The notes below the pieces were generated by a model, which was given only the letters and a program-made list of their open reading frames with translations, searched no databases and was not told where the DNA came from. Shown here one piece after another: positions 37,969 to 48,214 of a DNA stretch of 64,000 bases. The stretch is from Candidatus Pacearchaeota archaeon (GTDB lineage Archaea > Nanobdellota > Nanobdellia > Pacearchaeales > GW2011-AR1). A program made the translations under genes and the position numbers. Position 1 is the stretch's first letter; every line of letters starts with the position of its first letter. Where the stretch lies: assembly GCA_964202455.1 (NCBI GenBank), contig CAXNIJ010000001.1:46080-110079 (forward strand), given 5' to 3'.

Positions 37969-38445
37969 ATGAATCAAAGGGGTCAATTTTATCTCATAGC
38001 TGCTCTTCTTGCAGTCGCGGTGCTTCTAAGTATGGGCACGATATTTGCACGTGCGCGCGTTCCTCAGCAAGACTTCTCAGTACAGGCACTTGCTGATGAA
38101 ATAAGAGACGAGACATTCGAACTAATAAATCACGATGCCTTTCAAAATAATAATTCAGAAGAAACAAGAAGCAGGATAGAAGGGTTAGTGCAAAACTACT
38201 CTATTCTAAATCCTATTCACGAAATGGTAATCATATATGGAAATTCAACAAAACTCGCCACAACCTCCTACTCAAAAGGCCTAGCTAGGTCCATAAATTC
38301 AGGGGATGTTGTTTCAGATGCTAAAACTATAACTTTAACTTTTGGTTCATTAAAGTATAATTTTCAAAGAACAATAGTTGGGACAGAGTTCCATATATTA
38401 ATTAAAAAAGAGGGAGAAAATGGAAAAACTATTGTTACAAGATAA
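37969..38445 (+). CDS. Class III signal peptide protein (minor pilin-like)
   Basis: MNQRG/QFYLIAALLAV prepilin-like cleavage site plus hydrophobic helix. Confidence 0.7.
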   Translation: MNQRGQFYLIAALLAVAVLLSMGTIFARARVPQQDFSVQALADEIRDETFELINHDAFQNNNSEETRSRIEGLVQNYSILNPIHEMVIIYGNSTKLATTSYSKGLARSINSGDVVSDAKTITLTFGSLKYNFQRTIVGTEFHILIKKEGENGKTIVTR

Positions 38446-38974
38446 AAAAGGAGTAAGTGAAATGATTGGATACGTTCTTCTTGTATTAATTGCAGTAATT
38501 ATAAGCATAGGAGTATATTCCTATTTTAAACTTCAAATTCCAAAAGGAGAAATTAAATGTGAAAAAGATGCAACATTAATTATCCAAGATCAATCCTGTA
38601 GAATTCTTGGCACAGCCAAAGAAGTGACTCTAACTTTATCCAATAAAGGGCTTTATCATGTAGATGCAGCATATATTCGTCTAGGGGGAATAGGAAAAAA
38701 AGCAAAGACTTGGATAAACGATCCTGAAAAAGTTTCCGAAGGCAATTTTTACCTAACAGATCCTATAAAAAATACAAAAGGGCTACAACCAGGAAAGAAA
38801 TTAACTCTTAGACTTCCTCCTGCTGAAGGAATTCCTACGGCAATCGGATCCGGTTCAGGCTCAGGTTCAGGTGGCACAATTTACGAATTAGAAGTCCAAC
38901 CGGCAGTCATGAATTCAAAAGGGCTACTCGGGGCATGCGAAGCCATAGTATCACAAGAGATAATCTGTAATTAA
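38420..38974 (+). CDS. Archaeal type IV pilin
   Basis: KKG/VSEMIGYVLLVLIAV class III signal. Confidence 0.85.
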   Translation: MEKLLLQDKKGVSEMIGYVLLVLIAVIISIGVYSYFKLQIPKGEIKCEKDATLIIQDQSCRILGTAKEVTLTLSNKGLYHVDAAYIRLGGIGKKAKTWINDPEKVSEGNFYLTDPIKNTKGLQPGKKLTLRLPPAEGIPTAIGSGSGSGSGGTIYELEVQPAVMNSKGLLGACEAIVSQEIICN

Positions 38975-39275
38975 AAAAATCTAAATTAGTTCGATACTTT
39001 ACAATATTTTGACCAAAATATCTAAAATTTAGATAATTTTTTATTAATAATTGAGATTTTAAAGTAAAATCTAACAAAAATCATATTCAATAAAATCTAA
39101 ATTAGTTTGACATGTCAAAATGCATTGAGTGAAAATCCCATTTTCAATCTAATTTACTTCGTCGAAAATAGTCACTTTTAATTGACTCTTCAAATGGCTA
39201 GGTCAAGTACAAATATAGCAACATATAAAAACAATCTGGAGCTTTTCAACTGCGAGGACAACTTAATAAAAAGAG

Positions 39276-42200
39276 ATGAAAAAAATGTTCTGGAATAATC
39301 GAAAAGGTATGAGTGAGACTATAGGATATGTTCTCTTAATTATAATCGGAATTGGACTTTCGGTAGGAGTCTATTCCTATCTTAAACTTCAAGTCTATAA
39401 AGATCAACCCCAATGTCAACAAAATACTGCAATATATATCGAAAATCCAGTTTGTATTCTTTCTGGATCAAATCAACAAGTGACATTAACATTATATAAT
39501 TCCGGACTTCACAAAATTGACGCAGCGTACATCCGTCTGGGGGCAGTAGGAAAAAAAGCAAGGAGTTGGATAAATGATCCAACAAAAGTTTCCGAAGGCA
39601 ATTTTTATCTTACAAATCCAAATACTAATAAAAAGAGTTTGCAACCTGGAGAAAGATTAACTTTAATTTTGCCCAAGGCAACAATTCCACTGTCAACAGA
39701 CGGACGGTATGAATTAGAAGTTCAACCAGCAATAACTTCTCCAAAGGGTCTTCTTTCTTCTTGTAATCCCATCAGAACTCAAAAAATAAATTGTAATTCT
39801 GGGGTATCTGGTGTCAGTAATTCAGACATTTCATTCGGATCAAATACTAAATCTGGAGCATCATCCGGTTCAAGAACTAGACGCATTGCAGGACAGCCAT
39901 TTGTGACTTTGACTTCTCCAACTTCAAGCCAGAGTTTCAAATCTCCTGCAACAGTATCTCTTTCAGCATATGCAGACGATGAAGACGGAACAATCTCAAA
40001 AGTAGAATTCTTCAAAGGAGATTCAACAATTGTTTCTAATAAAATAGGCGAAGATACTTCTTCTCCTTTTGAGTTTTCTTGGACAGGAGTTCAAAAGGGT
40101 TCCTACGTTTTATCTGCAAAAGCAACTGATAATCAAGCAAGTTCAGCATCATCTGACGCAGTATTAATTTCAGTTAATGATCCGGATAAAATATCTCCAA
40201 GATTCATTTCATTCATCTCTAATCCTCCAGCAGGTTCCACAGTTAATGCTCCAGCATCAATCACATTCATGGTAGATGTAACTGATGATGACGGTTCAAT
40301 TTCCAAAGTAGAATTCTTTGATAGTTCAAGTGCTAATCCAAGTCAACCATTATCTACAGTTCTTACTGCCCCATACACTTCAACAATAACCTTGTCGACT
40401 CTAGGAGATCATTCAATCACTGCAAGAGCAACAGACAACGATGGAGCTTCAACATTTTCAACAGTAAATATATTGACCATTAATGAAGCTCCAGTAGTTG
40501 TTCAGCCAATACCATTTACAATCACAGTAACTAATGCAGATAATAGTCCAACAGATATGGGTAGCGTTTCAGTACAATCAGGAGCAACGAATATCATTTC
40601 AGATTGTACTGTGACAAAAACAGGCACATCTTCTTGCACTACTTCAATTACTGCGGGCTCAGTTGTAACCATCACCACAACTGCAATTTCAGGAGGGTAT
40701 TGGCTTCCAGAAACATCTATCGAATGCTCTAATAAAGGAGGAACATTTTCATCTAGTCAAAACGGACTCATAGAGGAATGCACTTTAACAGTTTCTACAG
40801 CCACAATTTTCAACACTAAGTTTTCAACTTGCACGGCTTTAGGCACAATTTGTCCAAACACAGCACCAACAGTTACAATAGTTTCTTCTAATGGAAATAC
40901 TTTTAATTCTCCAGCAAACATTCAATTAAGTGCTCAAGCATCAGATTCTGATGGCTCAATAGCTAAAGTAGAATTCTTCAATGGAGATTCTTCAGTATCG
41001 ACTAATAAAGTTGGAACAGACGCCGATCCTCTAGATGGATGGACTTTCGCGTGGACTAATGTCCCCACAGGATCTTACTCTCTAACTGCAAAAGCAACCG
41101 ATAATGGTGGAGCATCAACTATTTCATCTCCAATCCCAATAGTCGTAAATACTCCAGGCAATACTGCTCCAACTGTTAACTTATTAAATCCCGTAAATAA
41201 TCAAATATTTACTATTCCAGTTACAATTGCATTCTCTGCGCAAGCATCCGATACAGACGGAATCTCAAAAGTAGAATTCTACCAAGGAACAACTAAACTC
41301 GGCGAAGATACTTCCTCCCCCTATGAATATTCCTGGGTCAACCCGCAAGCAGGATCTTACTCTCTAACTGCAAAAGCAATTGATATCCCTGGATCCACCG
41401 CCATGTCAGCATCAAATTCAATTGAAGTAATGCTTCCAACAAATTCTCTGCCTACTGTCACTTTAAATTCTCCCTTAACCGGTTCTCAATTTACCACTGG
41501 AAACACGATAGCTCTAATTGCAACGGCTTCAGACATAGATGGTACAGTTACTAACGTATTTTTTTACGAAGGAGAAAATAGTATTGGTCAAGGAACAAAA
41601 AATCCTAGCACAGGTAAATGGGAATTAGCTTGGACTAATGTTCTTGCAGGGTCTTACACACTTACTGCACGGGCAGTAGATGATCGTAGCGGATCTTCAG
41701 GATTATCTTCATCAATATCAATAACGGTTAAATCAACACTTACAATTTCAGCAAATAATAACGGCGGATCATCGACTATCGATTCAGGCACAATCACAAC
41801 AAATGTAGGGGGAATTTCTTGTTCAACTCCAAATTCTCCTTGTTCAACACAAATTCCGGCAGGTTCAACACTAACTATCACTTCTACCGCAAAATCTGGA
41901 GGTTATTGGTTTATAGATACTTCAAGTTGTGATTGTTCAACATGCCAGCGCAATTTAATTTCAGAAACCAGTCAAGAATGTAAAATAACTAATCTAAACA
42001 ATAATTTAGTATTTTCTACTACATTCGTCCATTGCAGTATTTGGAATTCATGTCCAAACATAGCTCCAACCGTTTCAATAACTTCTCCTTCTCAAGGCGC
42101 CTCTTTCACATCACCAGCATCAATAACCTTAACAACAACAGCATCAGATTCAGATGGTTCAATCTCAAAAGTAGAATTCTACCAAGGAACAACTAAACTC

Positions 42201-45200
42201 GGCGAAGATACTTCCTCCCCTTATGAATATTCATGGGTTAACCCGCAAGTGGGGTCTTACTCTCTAATTGCAAAAGCAATTGATAACGGCGGATCATTAA
42301 CAGAATCAGCTTTAATTTCTATTACAATTAACGCACCAGGAAATAATCCTCCAACTATCTCCCTCACATCAAATCCAAAAGATAGTGAAATAATATCTTC
42401 ACCAGCATCAATAACCTTAACAGCAGCTGCGTCAGATTCAGACGGTTCAATCTCAAAGGTAGAATTTTTTGACAGCATAAGTGCAGATCCTAGCTCTCCA
42501 ATTGCAACTATCACTTCTTCACCATACATCCATACCTTCACAACTTTAACAAGTGGAACACATATATTTACGGCAAAAGCTACAGATAATGCAAATACTC
42601 CTGCAAGTACAATTTCGAATCAAAAATCAGTTATTGTAAATTCTCCTCCAACAGTTTCATTTACTTCTCCACAAATAGGAGATATCTATATTGCTCCAGC
42701 ATTTATTACTGTCTCAGCAGATCCAAGAGATACAGATGGCTCAATTTCGAGTTTACAATTTTCTTATCAAGGTGGTGCGCTATCTGGACAGATTAATCCT
42801 TCTTTTTCTTTCCCACCATACAGCACAACTTGGTCAGGTATTGCCGCTTCTCCCGATTCAGGAATATATACTCTCACTGCAACAGCTTCAGATAATATCG
42901 GAGCCAGTGTAACTTCAACAAGAACAACTATAGTAACAAATGCCCCATCTATTTCGATGAAATATCCTGCACAGGGTTCAAGCTACACTACAGAAGATTC
43001 TGTAACTATTAGAGCAGAGGCGAACGATATCGGCGGGTCAATTAACAAAGTAGAATTTTTCGATGAAGGAACAAAAATCGGCGAAGACACATCAGACATC
43101 TATCAAATTTCTAAAATATTTACATCAACGGGAATTCATACAATTACAGCTACAGCAACAGACAATCATAATCAACAAGCAACTTCTGGATCAGTATCAA
43201 TTAATGTAGCATTGCCAACAGTAAGATTAATTCTTAAAGCAGTTAATACTGATGGATCTATAACTTCAAATTCAGGATCAACTTCTTCTTCTCTTTCAGG
43301 GACCACGACTCTTTATTGTACCGCTGCACAAACTTCATGTTACCAAGATTATTCAAAAGGTTCTCAAGTAACTATTTCAGCAACCTCTTCTTCAAATTGG
43401 AGAGGAGACACATCAATAGATTGTTCAAATTTGGGAGGGTTAATGTCTGGAGATAGTTGCCTAATTACACTCAATTCAGACAAAACTTTCACAACAAAAT
43501 TCATTAATCAACTTCCCACAGTTTCACTCACATCGCCCGCTGATGGAGCAGTATTTACAATTCCAGTAGGAAGCTCTACAACTTCCATCTCCCTATCTGC
43601 TACTGCAAGCGTTTGGGAAGGAGCAGTTACAAAGGTAGAATTCTATAGTCAACCACAAGGAGGAGCAGTCGCTCCCACACTTATAGGTACAGACACCACT
43701 TCACCATTTTCATTATCTTGGTCTAACGCGCAGGCAGGATCTTACACTCTAACGGCAGTAGCAACAAAAGATAATAATCCTTCACAATCAACAACTTCAA
43801 GTCCAGTTTACATAACTGTAAATTCTCCGGCAAATCAAGCTCCAACGGTCGGATCTGTTTCCGCGCCTTCATTAATTATTAATGGAGAATCAAATAGCAT
43901 TTCAACAACAGCAGCAGATGACGGAACAATTTCATCAGTCAATTTCTATTATCAACAAGGTAGTGGGAGCAAGTCTTTTATTTGTTCCGGAGCACTGTCT
44001 TCTGGATCATTATCTTCAGGAACTTGGAGCTGTCCTTGGTCTTCATCTCTAATTTCAGGCGCTTATACAATTTCGGCAACAGCTACAGATAACCTCGGAT
44101 CTTCCACAATTTCATCAGGAACTTCTACGACTATAAATTCTCGTCCAACAATTACAATTGCAACTCCAAGTGTAGTGACTTCAGGATCTTCAGTAACATT
44201 GACTGCTTCAGCGTCAGATCCAGATGGTAACCCTATAACAGTAGCTTTCTCAGATTCAAGTACCTCTTCACTTTCGTCAGTATCATCTTCAGGTTCACAA
44301 TTTAGTACAACTTTCTCTTCTTCAAGTTCAGGTCAACACACAATTACTGCAACAGTCACAGATAGTTATGGAACTTCTGCACAAGTCTCTAAAAATCTTA
44401 AAGTTAATTCTCCACCTAGTGTTTCACTCTCAACATCAGGTTCAACAACAACTGCTCCAGCTACAATAATTTTAACAGCATCAGCATCAGATAGCGATGG
44501 ATCAAGCGACATTACAGAAGTAGAATTCTACCAAGGATCGACCAAAATAGGATCAGACGCTTCATCTCCTTATACGCTTACCCTTAACAATGTTGTAGCA
44601 GGAGCATATAACTTTAAAGCTCAAGTATATGATCATGATTCTTCAGCAGAATCATCAGTTGTCTCAGTTATAGTAACCTCTCCAAATCAAGCACCAACTG
44701 TTTCACTCTCAACTGCAGGTTCAACAACGACTGCTCCAGCATCAATAAAACTTACAGCGACAGCATCTGATCCAGATGGAAATAACCAAATTACAAGAGT
44801 AGAATTCTTTAAAGACGGATCTCTCATTAATACTGACTCCACATCTCCGTATACTTATACATTATCTAATGTTATAGCCGGAACATACAAGTTTACTGCA
44901 AAGGTATTTGATAGTTCTCTTTCAGGAACCTCTTCAGAAGAGACAATCACAGTAACTCCAAACACGCCTCCAACAGTTTCAATAACTTCTCCAACAAGTG
45001 GAGCAACATTTACTGCTCCAGCATCAATAACAATTAATACTAATGCGCAAGATGTTAACGGCATTGACCAAATAGATATTTATCAAGGAACAACAATTAT
45101 CGGATCTGGAAGTTCTTTCACTTGGACAGGAGTCCCTGCAGGATCTTATTCGCTTACAGCAAAAGCAACAGATAATTTGGGAGCATCAACCGAATCTTCT

Positions 45201-46115
45201 CCAGTTGCAATAACTATAACTGCACCCCAAAATCCCACGTCACTTTCTCTTACGTCAGACAAAACAACTTATGTTTCCGGAGAAAATGCAAAATACACTG
45301 CAACTTTAACTGATCCAAGCAATATAGGGGTTCCATCTGCCCCAACACTATCGGCTGGAGGAACTTTCATAAGGGATCCAGAAGATCCAAATAACGCCAA
45401 TAAGTGGATATCAACTTCAATACCATTAACTCCGGGAGTATTTAATGGAATTAATGCACAGATTACAGATAACTTAGGAAATCTAAGGACTTCAAATTCA
45501 TTAAATATTGTCGTTAATCCAAAGCTAACAGTAACTTCGTCTCAATCAGGTTCAACAACGCCTTCAGGAACAATTAGCGTTACAGGTTTAACCGAAAGTT
45601 GTACAATAGGATCCACATGTAATAAAGATTATGCACCAGGAACACCAGTAACCGTTACAGTCACTCAAAATGAGAATTGGGTTGCAAGCATCGAGGGTTG
45701 TCCAGTACCATTATCTATGGGCGAAACTTCTTATACTTGTACATTTACCATGAATGCAAATACAAATCTGGGAGTAACGTATAGTTTCATTCCGCCCGCA
45801 CCAACTTCTTACTCATTATCTGTGAGCATATATCCAGGTCCAGGAGTAACTGGATATGGCGGAATCACAGGTTCTAGTTGGAACGGGGGCCCTGGACAGA
45901 TAAATTGTTATATTCCTCAAGTAAATCTAGATTATCCAAAATGCTCAGAATCAGTTAGTGCAGGAGAAGTAGTAACTCTCGCCCTTGGAAATTTTGATAC
46001 GGGAAATGGTGGAAGAATAGAATGTAATGGAGAAGGTTTAGCCAATGATGGAGATTATTTATGTTACGTCACCATGGATAAAATGCGCACTATTACAGTA
46101 TCAATATTTAAATAA
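39276..46115 (+). CDS. Giant type IV pilin-adhesin: pilin domain plus about 15-16 bacterial-type Ig-like repeats and about 5 Cys-containing beta domains
   Basis: RKG/MSETIGYVLLII; repeats PTVSITSP...ASDSDGSISKVEFY...YSLTAKATDN. Confidence 0.88.
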   Translation: MKKMFWNNRKGMSETIGYVLLIIIGIGLSVGVYSYLKLQVYKDQPQCQQNTAIYIENPVCILSGSNQQVTLTLYNSGLHKIDAAYIRLGAVGKKARSWINDPTKVSEGNFYLTNPNTNKKSLQPGERLTLILPKATIPLSTDGRYELEVQPAITSPKGLLSSCNPIRTQKINCNSGVSGVSNSDISFGSNTKSGASSGSRTRRIAGQPFVTLTSPTSSQSFKSPATVSLSAYADDEDGTISKVEFFKGDSTIVSNKIGEDTSSPFEFSWTGVQKGSYVLSAKATDNQASSASSDAVLISVNDPDKISPRFISFISNPPAGSTVNAPASITFMVDVTDDDGSISKVEFFDSSSANPSQPLSTVLTAPYTSTITLSTLGDHSITARATDNDGASTFSTVNILTINEAPVVVQPIPFTITVTNADNSPTDMGSVSVQSGATNIISDCTVTKTGTSSCTTSITAGSVVTITTTAISGGYWLPETSIECSNKGGTFSSSQNGLIEECTLTVSTATIFNTKFSTCTALGTICPNTAPTVTIVSSNGNTFNSPANIQLSAQASDSDGSIAKVEFFNGDSSVSTNKVGTDADPLDGWTFAWTNVPTGSYSLTAKATDNGGASTISSPIPIVVNTPGNTAPTVNLLNPVNNQIFTIPVTIAFSAQASDTDGISKVEFYQGTTKLGEDTSSPYEYSWVNPQAGSYSLTAKAIDIPGSTAMSASNSIEVMLPTNSLPTVTLNSPLTGSQFTTGNTIALIATASDIDGTVTNVFFYEGENSIGQGTKNPSTGKWELAWTNVLAGSYTLTARAVDDRSGSSGLSSSISITVKSTLTISANNNGGSSTIDSGTITTNVGGISCSTPNSPCSTQIPAGSTLTITSTAKSGGYWFIDTSSCDCSTCQRNLISETSQECKITNLNNNLVFSTTFVHCSIWNSCPNIAPTVSITSPSQGASFTSPASITLTTTASDSDGSISKVEFYQGTTKLGEDTSSPYEYSWVNPQVGSYSLIAKAIDNGGSLTESALISITINAPGNNPPTISLTSNPKDSEIISSPASITLTAAASDSDGSISKVEFFDSISADPSSPIATITSSPYIHTFTTLTSGTHIFTAKATDNANTPASTISNQKSVIVNSPPTVSFTSPQIGDIYIAPAFITVSADPRDTDGSISSLQFSYQGGALSGQINPSFSFPPYSTTWSGIAASPDSGIYTLTATASDNIGASVTSTRTTIVTNAPSISMKYPAQGSSYTTEDSVTIRAEANDIGGSINKVEFFDEGTKIGEDTSDIYQISKIFTSTGIHTITATATDNHNQQATSGSVSINVALPTVRLILKAVNTDGSITSNSGSTSSSLSGTTTLYCTAAQTSCYQDYSKGSQVTISATSSSNWRGDTSIDCSNLGGLMSGDSCLITLNSDKTFTTKFINQLPTVSLTSPADGAVFTIPVGSSTTSISLSATASVWEGAVTKVEFYSQPQGGAVAPTLIGTDTTSPFSLSWSNAQAGSYTLTAVATKDNNPSQSTTSSPVYITVNSPANQAPTVGSVSAPSLIINGESNSISTTAADDGTISSVNFYYQQGSGSKSFICSGALSSGSLSSGTWSCPWSSSLISGAYTISATATDNLGSSTISSGTSTTINSRPTITIATPSVVTSGSSVTLTASASDPDGNPITVAFSDSSTSSLSSVSSSGSQFSTTFSSSSSGQHTITATVTDSYGTSAQVSKNLKVNSPPSVSLSTSGSTTTAPATIILTASASDSDGSSDITEVEFYQGSTKIGSDASSPYTLTLNNVVAGAYNFKAQVYDHDSSAESSVVSVIVTSPNQAPTVSLSTAGSTTTAPASIKLTATASDPDGNNQITRVEFFKDGSLINTDSTSPYTYTLSNVIAGTYKFTAKVFDSSLSGTSSEETITVTPNTPPTVSITSPTSGATFTAPASITINTNAQDVNGIDQIDIYQGTTIIGSGSSFTWTGVPAGSYSLTAKATDNLGASTESSPVAITITAPQNPTSLSLTSDKTTYVSGENAKYTATLTDPSNIGVPSAPTLSAGGTFIRDPEDPNNANKWISTSIPLTPGVFNGINAQITDNLGNLRTSNSLNIVVNPKLTVTSSQSGSTTPSGTISVTGLTESCTIGSTCNKDYAPGTPVTVTVTQNENWVASIEGCPVPLSMGETSYTCTFTMNANTNLGVTYSFIPPAPTSYSLSVSIYPGPGVTGYGGITGSSWNGGPGQINCYIPQVNLDYPKCSESVSAGEVVTLALGNFDTGNGGRIECNGEGLANDGDYLCYVTMDKMRTITVSIFK

Positions 46116-46206
46116 ATTAAAAATAAAAATAGTTTAGATTTTCATATATTTAGAAAGAGCAATTGAAAACATAAATGTTTAAATATAGATTAAGATAGAT
46201 ATAGAA

Positions 46207-47502
46207 ATGAATTTAAGGAAGGAATTTAAATCATTATTAACTATTTTCGGACTTACCACTTTCTCAAATTTTCAATCATTGGCAGATTCACATTATCTAG
46301 GCGAAGTTAAACCAATTTTAACTTCCGAGGCAATTACTAACCTTCGGGCATCAGAAAATCTTATCACTTGGCAAGATTCCATTTTTCAAAAAAACGCCTT
46401 AAAGGCATTTAATATAAAGGATAAAACTACAAATTATCTTGCAACTTCTCAGTCAAAGTTCATAGATATATATCCTGGGAGAGAAGACGTCTTGTGGTAT
46501 GATAATAGACAGCCAAATAGGTATTTTATTTGGAATCCTTCAGAAGGGACAAAACAAATAGATGTATCATGTAGTCAATTAACTAGAGTTATTCGTACAC
46601 AATCTTCATTAATTTCTGCTTGCGGTTACGATTCTAGTCCAGAAAAAAAGATAACTATTGAATTTTTCAATGGTCAAGTCAAACATATTACAGAATCATA
46701 TCTTCTGGGTGCAAATGAATCTTCAATATTTATCCAAAACATTTCTTCAGATGGAATTATGTCCTTAGCAAAAATAGATTTAGAGAACGATAAAAAAGAA
46801 ATAATTTATACTTCAACATCAACAGGCACTATTTTGACTTCAAAACAAAATTTTGAAAAATTGTTCGTTCATTCAGGTCTTAATTCCTCATGGATAATCG
46901 GAGAAAAAGTTTTAGGTCAAAGTCAATTAGAAACGTCTTTAATGTATCACAATAGTAAATCAACATTTCTTTTAAAAAGAAATCCCACGTCTGTAAAGGA
47001 TCTAGAGGTTTCTAATAAAGGAGTTTTCTGGAACGAATTAAACAATACAAAGAAGAAATTCGATTTATATTTCTGGAGTGAAACCAAAGGTAAAAATTTA
47101 ATTACCCAGGGAGAAGATTCAATAAGTGTAGATGAATTCTCAGTTGTAGATGGAAATATTTATATGACTGATGGCAAAAAATTATACGTAGCAACTCTAG
47201 AAGAATATCCCTCTCAAGCGCCAAATATCACCTACAAATATGGGACAAATCCAAGAAGAATAAATTTCACAGTAACAAATCCAGTTCAAGGAAAAGAATA
47301 CACTCTCCAAAGAAGTATAGGCAATATAATGGGGTCTTGGAGAGATATAGAGAGTAGACTAACAAACTTCACAATAGATAACAAAAATCCTCCAAAAGAC
47401 GCAGTAACTTACACATACACTATTCCTTCAGACCCTTCAACAGGCAGAGAAACAATCTTCCCCAATGAATTCTTTAGAGTTGAAGCAAAAACGCCCCAAT
47501 AA
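46207..47502 (+). CDS. Secreted protein, probable beta-propeller with C-terminal YTLQRS...W...FFRV domain
   Basis: Signal-like N-terminus, repeated VLW/ITW/VFW strands. Confidence 0.55.
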   Translation: MNLRKEFKSLLTIFGLTTFSNFQSLADSHYLGEVKPILTSEAITNLRASENLITWQDSIFQKNALKAFNIKDKTTNYLATSQSKFIDIYPGREDVLWYDNRQPNRYFIWNPSEGTKQIDVSCSQLTRVIRTQSSLISACGYDSSPEKKITIEFFNGQVKHITESYLLGANESSIFIQNISSDGIMSLAKIDLENDKKEIIYTSTSTGTILTSKQNFEKLFVHSGLNSSWIIGEKVLGQSQLETSLMYHNSKSTFLLKRNPTSVKDLEVSNKGVFWNELNNTKKKFDLYFWSETKGKNLITQGEDSISVDEFSVVDGNIYMTDGKKLYVATLEEYPSQAPNITYKYGTNPRRINFTVTNPVQGKEYTLQRSIGNIMGSWRDIESRLTNFTIDNKNPPKDAVTYTYTIPSDPSTGRETIFPNEFFRVEAKTPQ

Positions 47503-47562
47503 AGTTTAGAGATTATATTTCAGTTTTACTAGATAGCTAACTTACTAAAAAAACTTTCAAAA

Positions 47563-48120
47563 TCAAACAGAAGGCGCGGAAGTATTTTTCTTTCTTAATA
47601 TAAACCACCCGACCACAATAATCAATAGAACTATAAGTCCAATTCCTCCGATGAAAATCCACGCGCTCAATTTAACTGTATTTTCTGTTGAACTAGTTAC
47701 TTCAGAACTCTCCTTAGAGACAACTTTTGTCTGTTCAGTTAATGAATTCATTCTAAATTCAGCTTTATTAGCTTCAAGTTTAACTAAAGTAATAGATCCA
47801 TCGGGCTGTTTATCTTCTGTAACATCAAGGTTCAATGGTTTATCTGGAGCTAATGTAAATCTAAACATCTTTCCAGATACATTAAGAAAAACTAGTGCAC
47901 GTTCAGCTTGAATTCCTTGAAAAGTCAAAGAGTAGGTGTCTACTCCATTTTTCCAATCTAGCGGTTGCTTTAAGGCAACTGAAAAAGATGCATTATTCAA
48001 TGCTTGCTTTGGGATAGCAAAAAAAGTGGGAGTAGCAGACACAATAGAACAAATTAAAATTATAAAAAATACACTTAAAGAAAAAACTACAACCCCCTTA
48101 CTCATATCCTCTTTCAACAT
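47563..48120 (-). CDS. Secreted protein with C-terminal TM anchor
   Basis: Signal peptide, S/T linker, TM followed by RKKN; start uncertain. Confidence 0.65.
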   Translation of the reverse strand: MLKEDMSKGVVVFSLSVFFIILICSIVSATPTFFAIPKQALNNASFSVALKQPLDWKNGVDTYSLTFQGIQAERALVFLNVSGKMFRFTLAPDKPLNLDVTEDKQPDGSITLVKLEANKAEFRMNSLTEQTKVVSKESSEVTSSTENTVKLSAWIFIGGIGLIVLLIIVVGWFILRKKNTSAPSV

Positions 48121-48214
48121 CCACAAAAGAGGTAGTTTCAATTTATAAACCTTCCCGATAAACAGCAAAGTTACCACAACAATCTATAAATAACGCTCCA
48201 GAGCTTTCTCAAGC

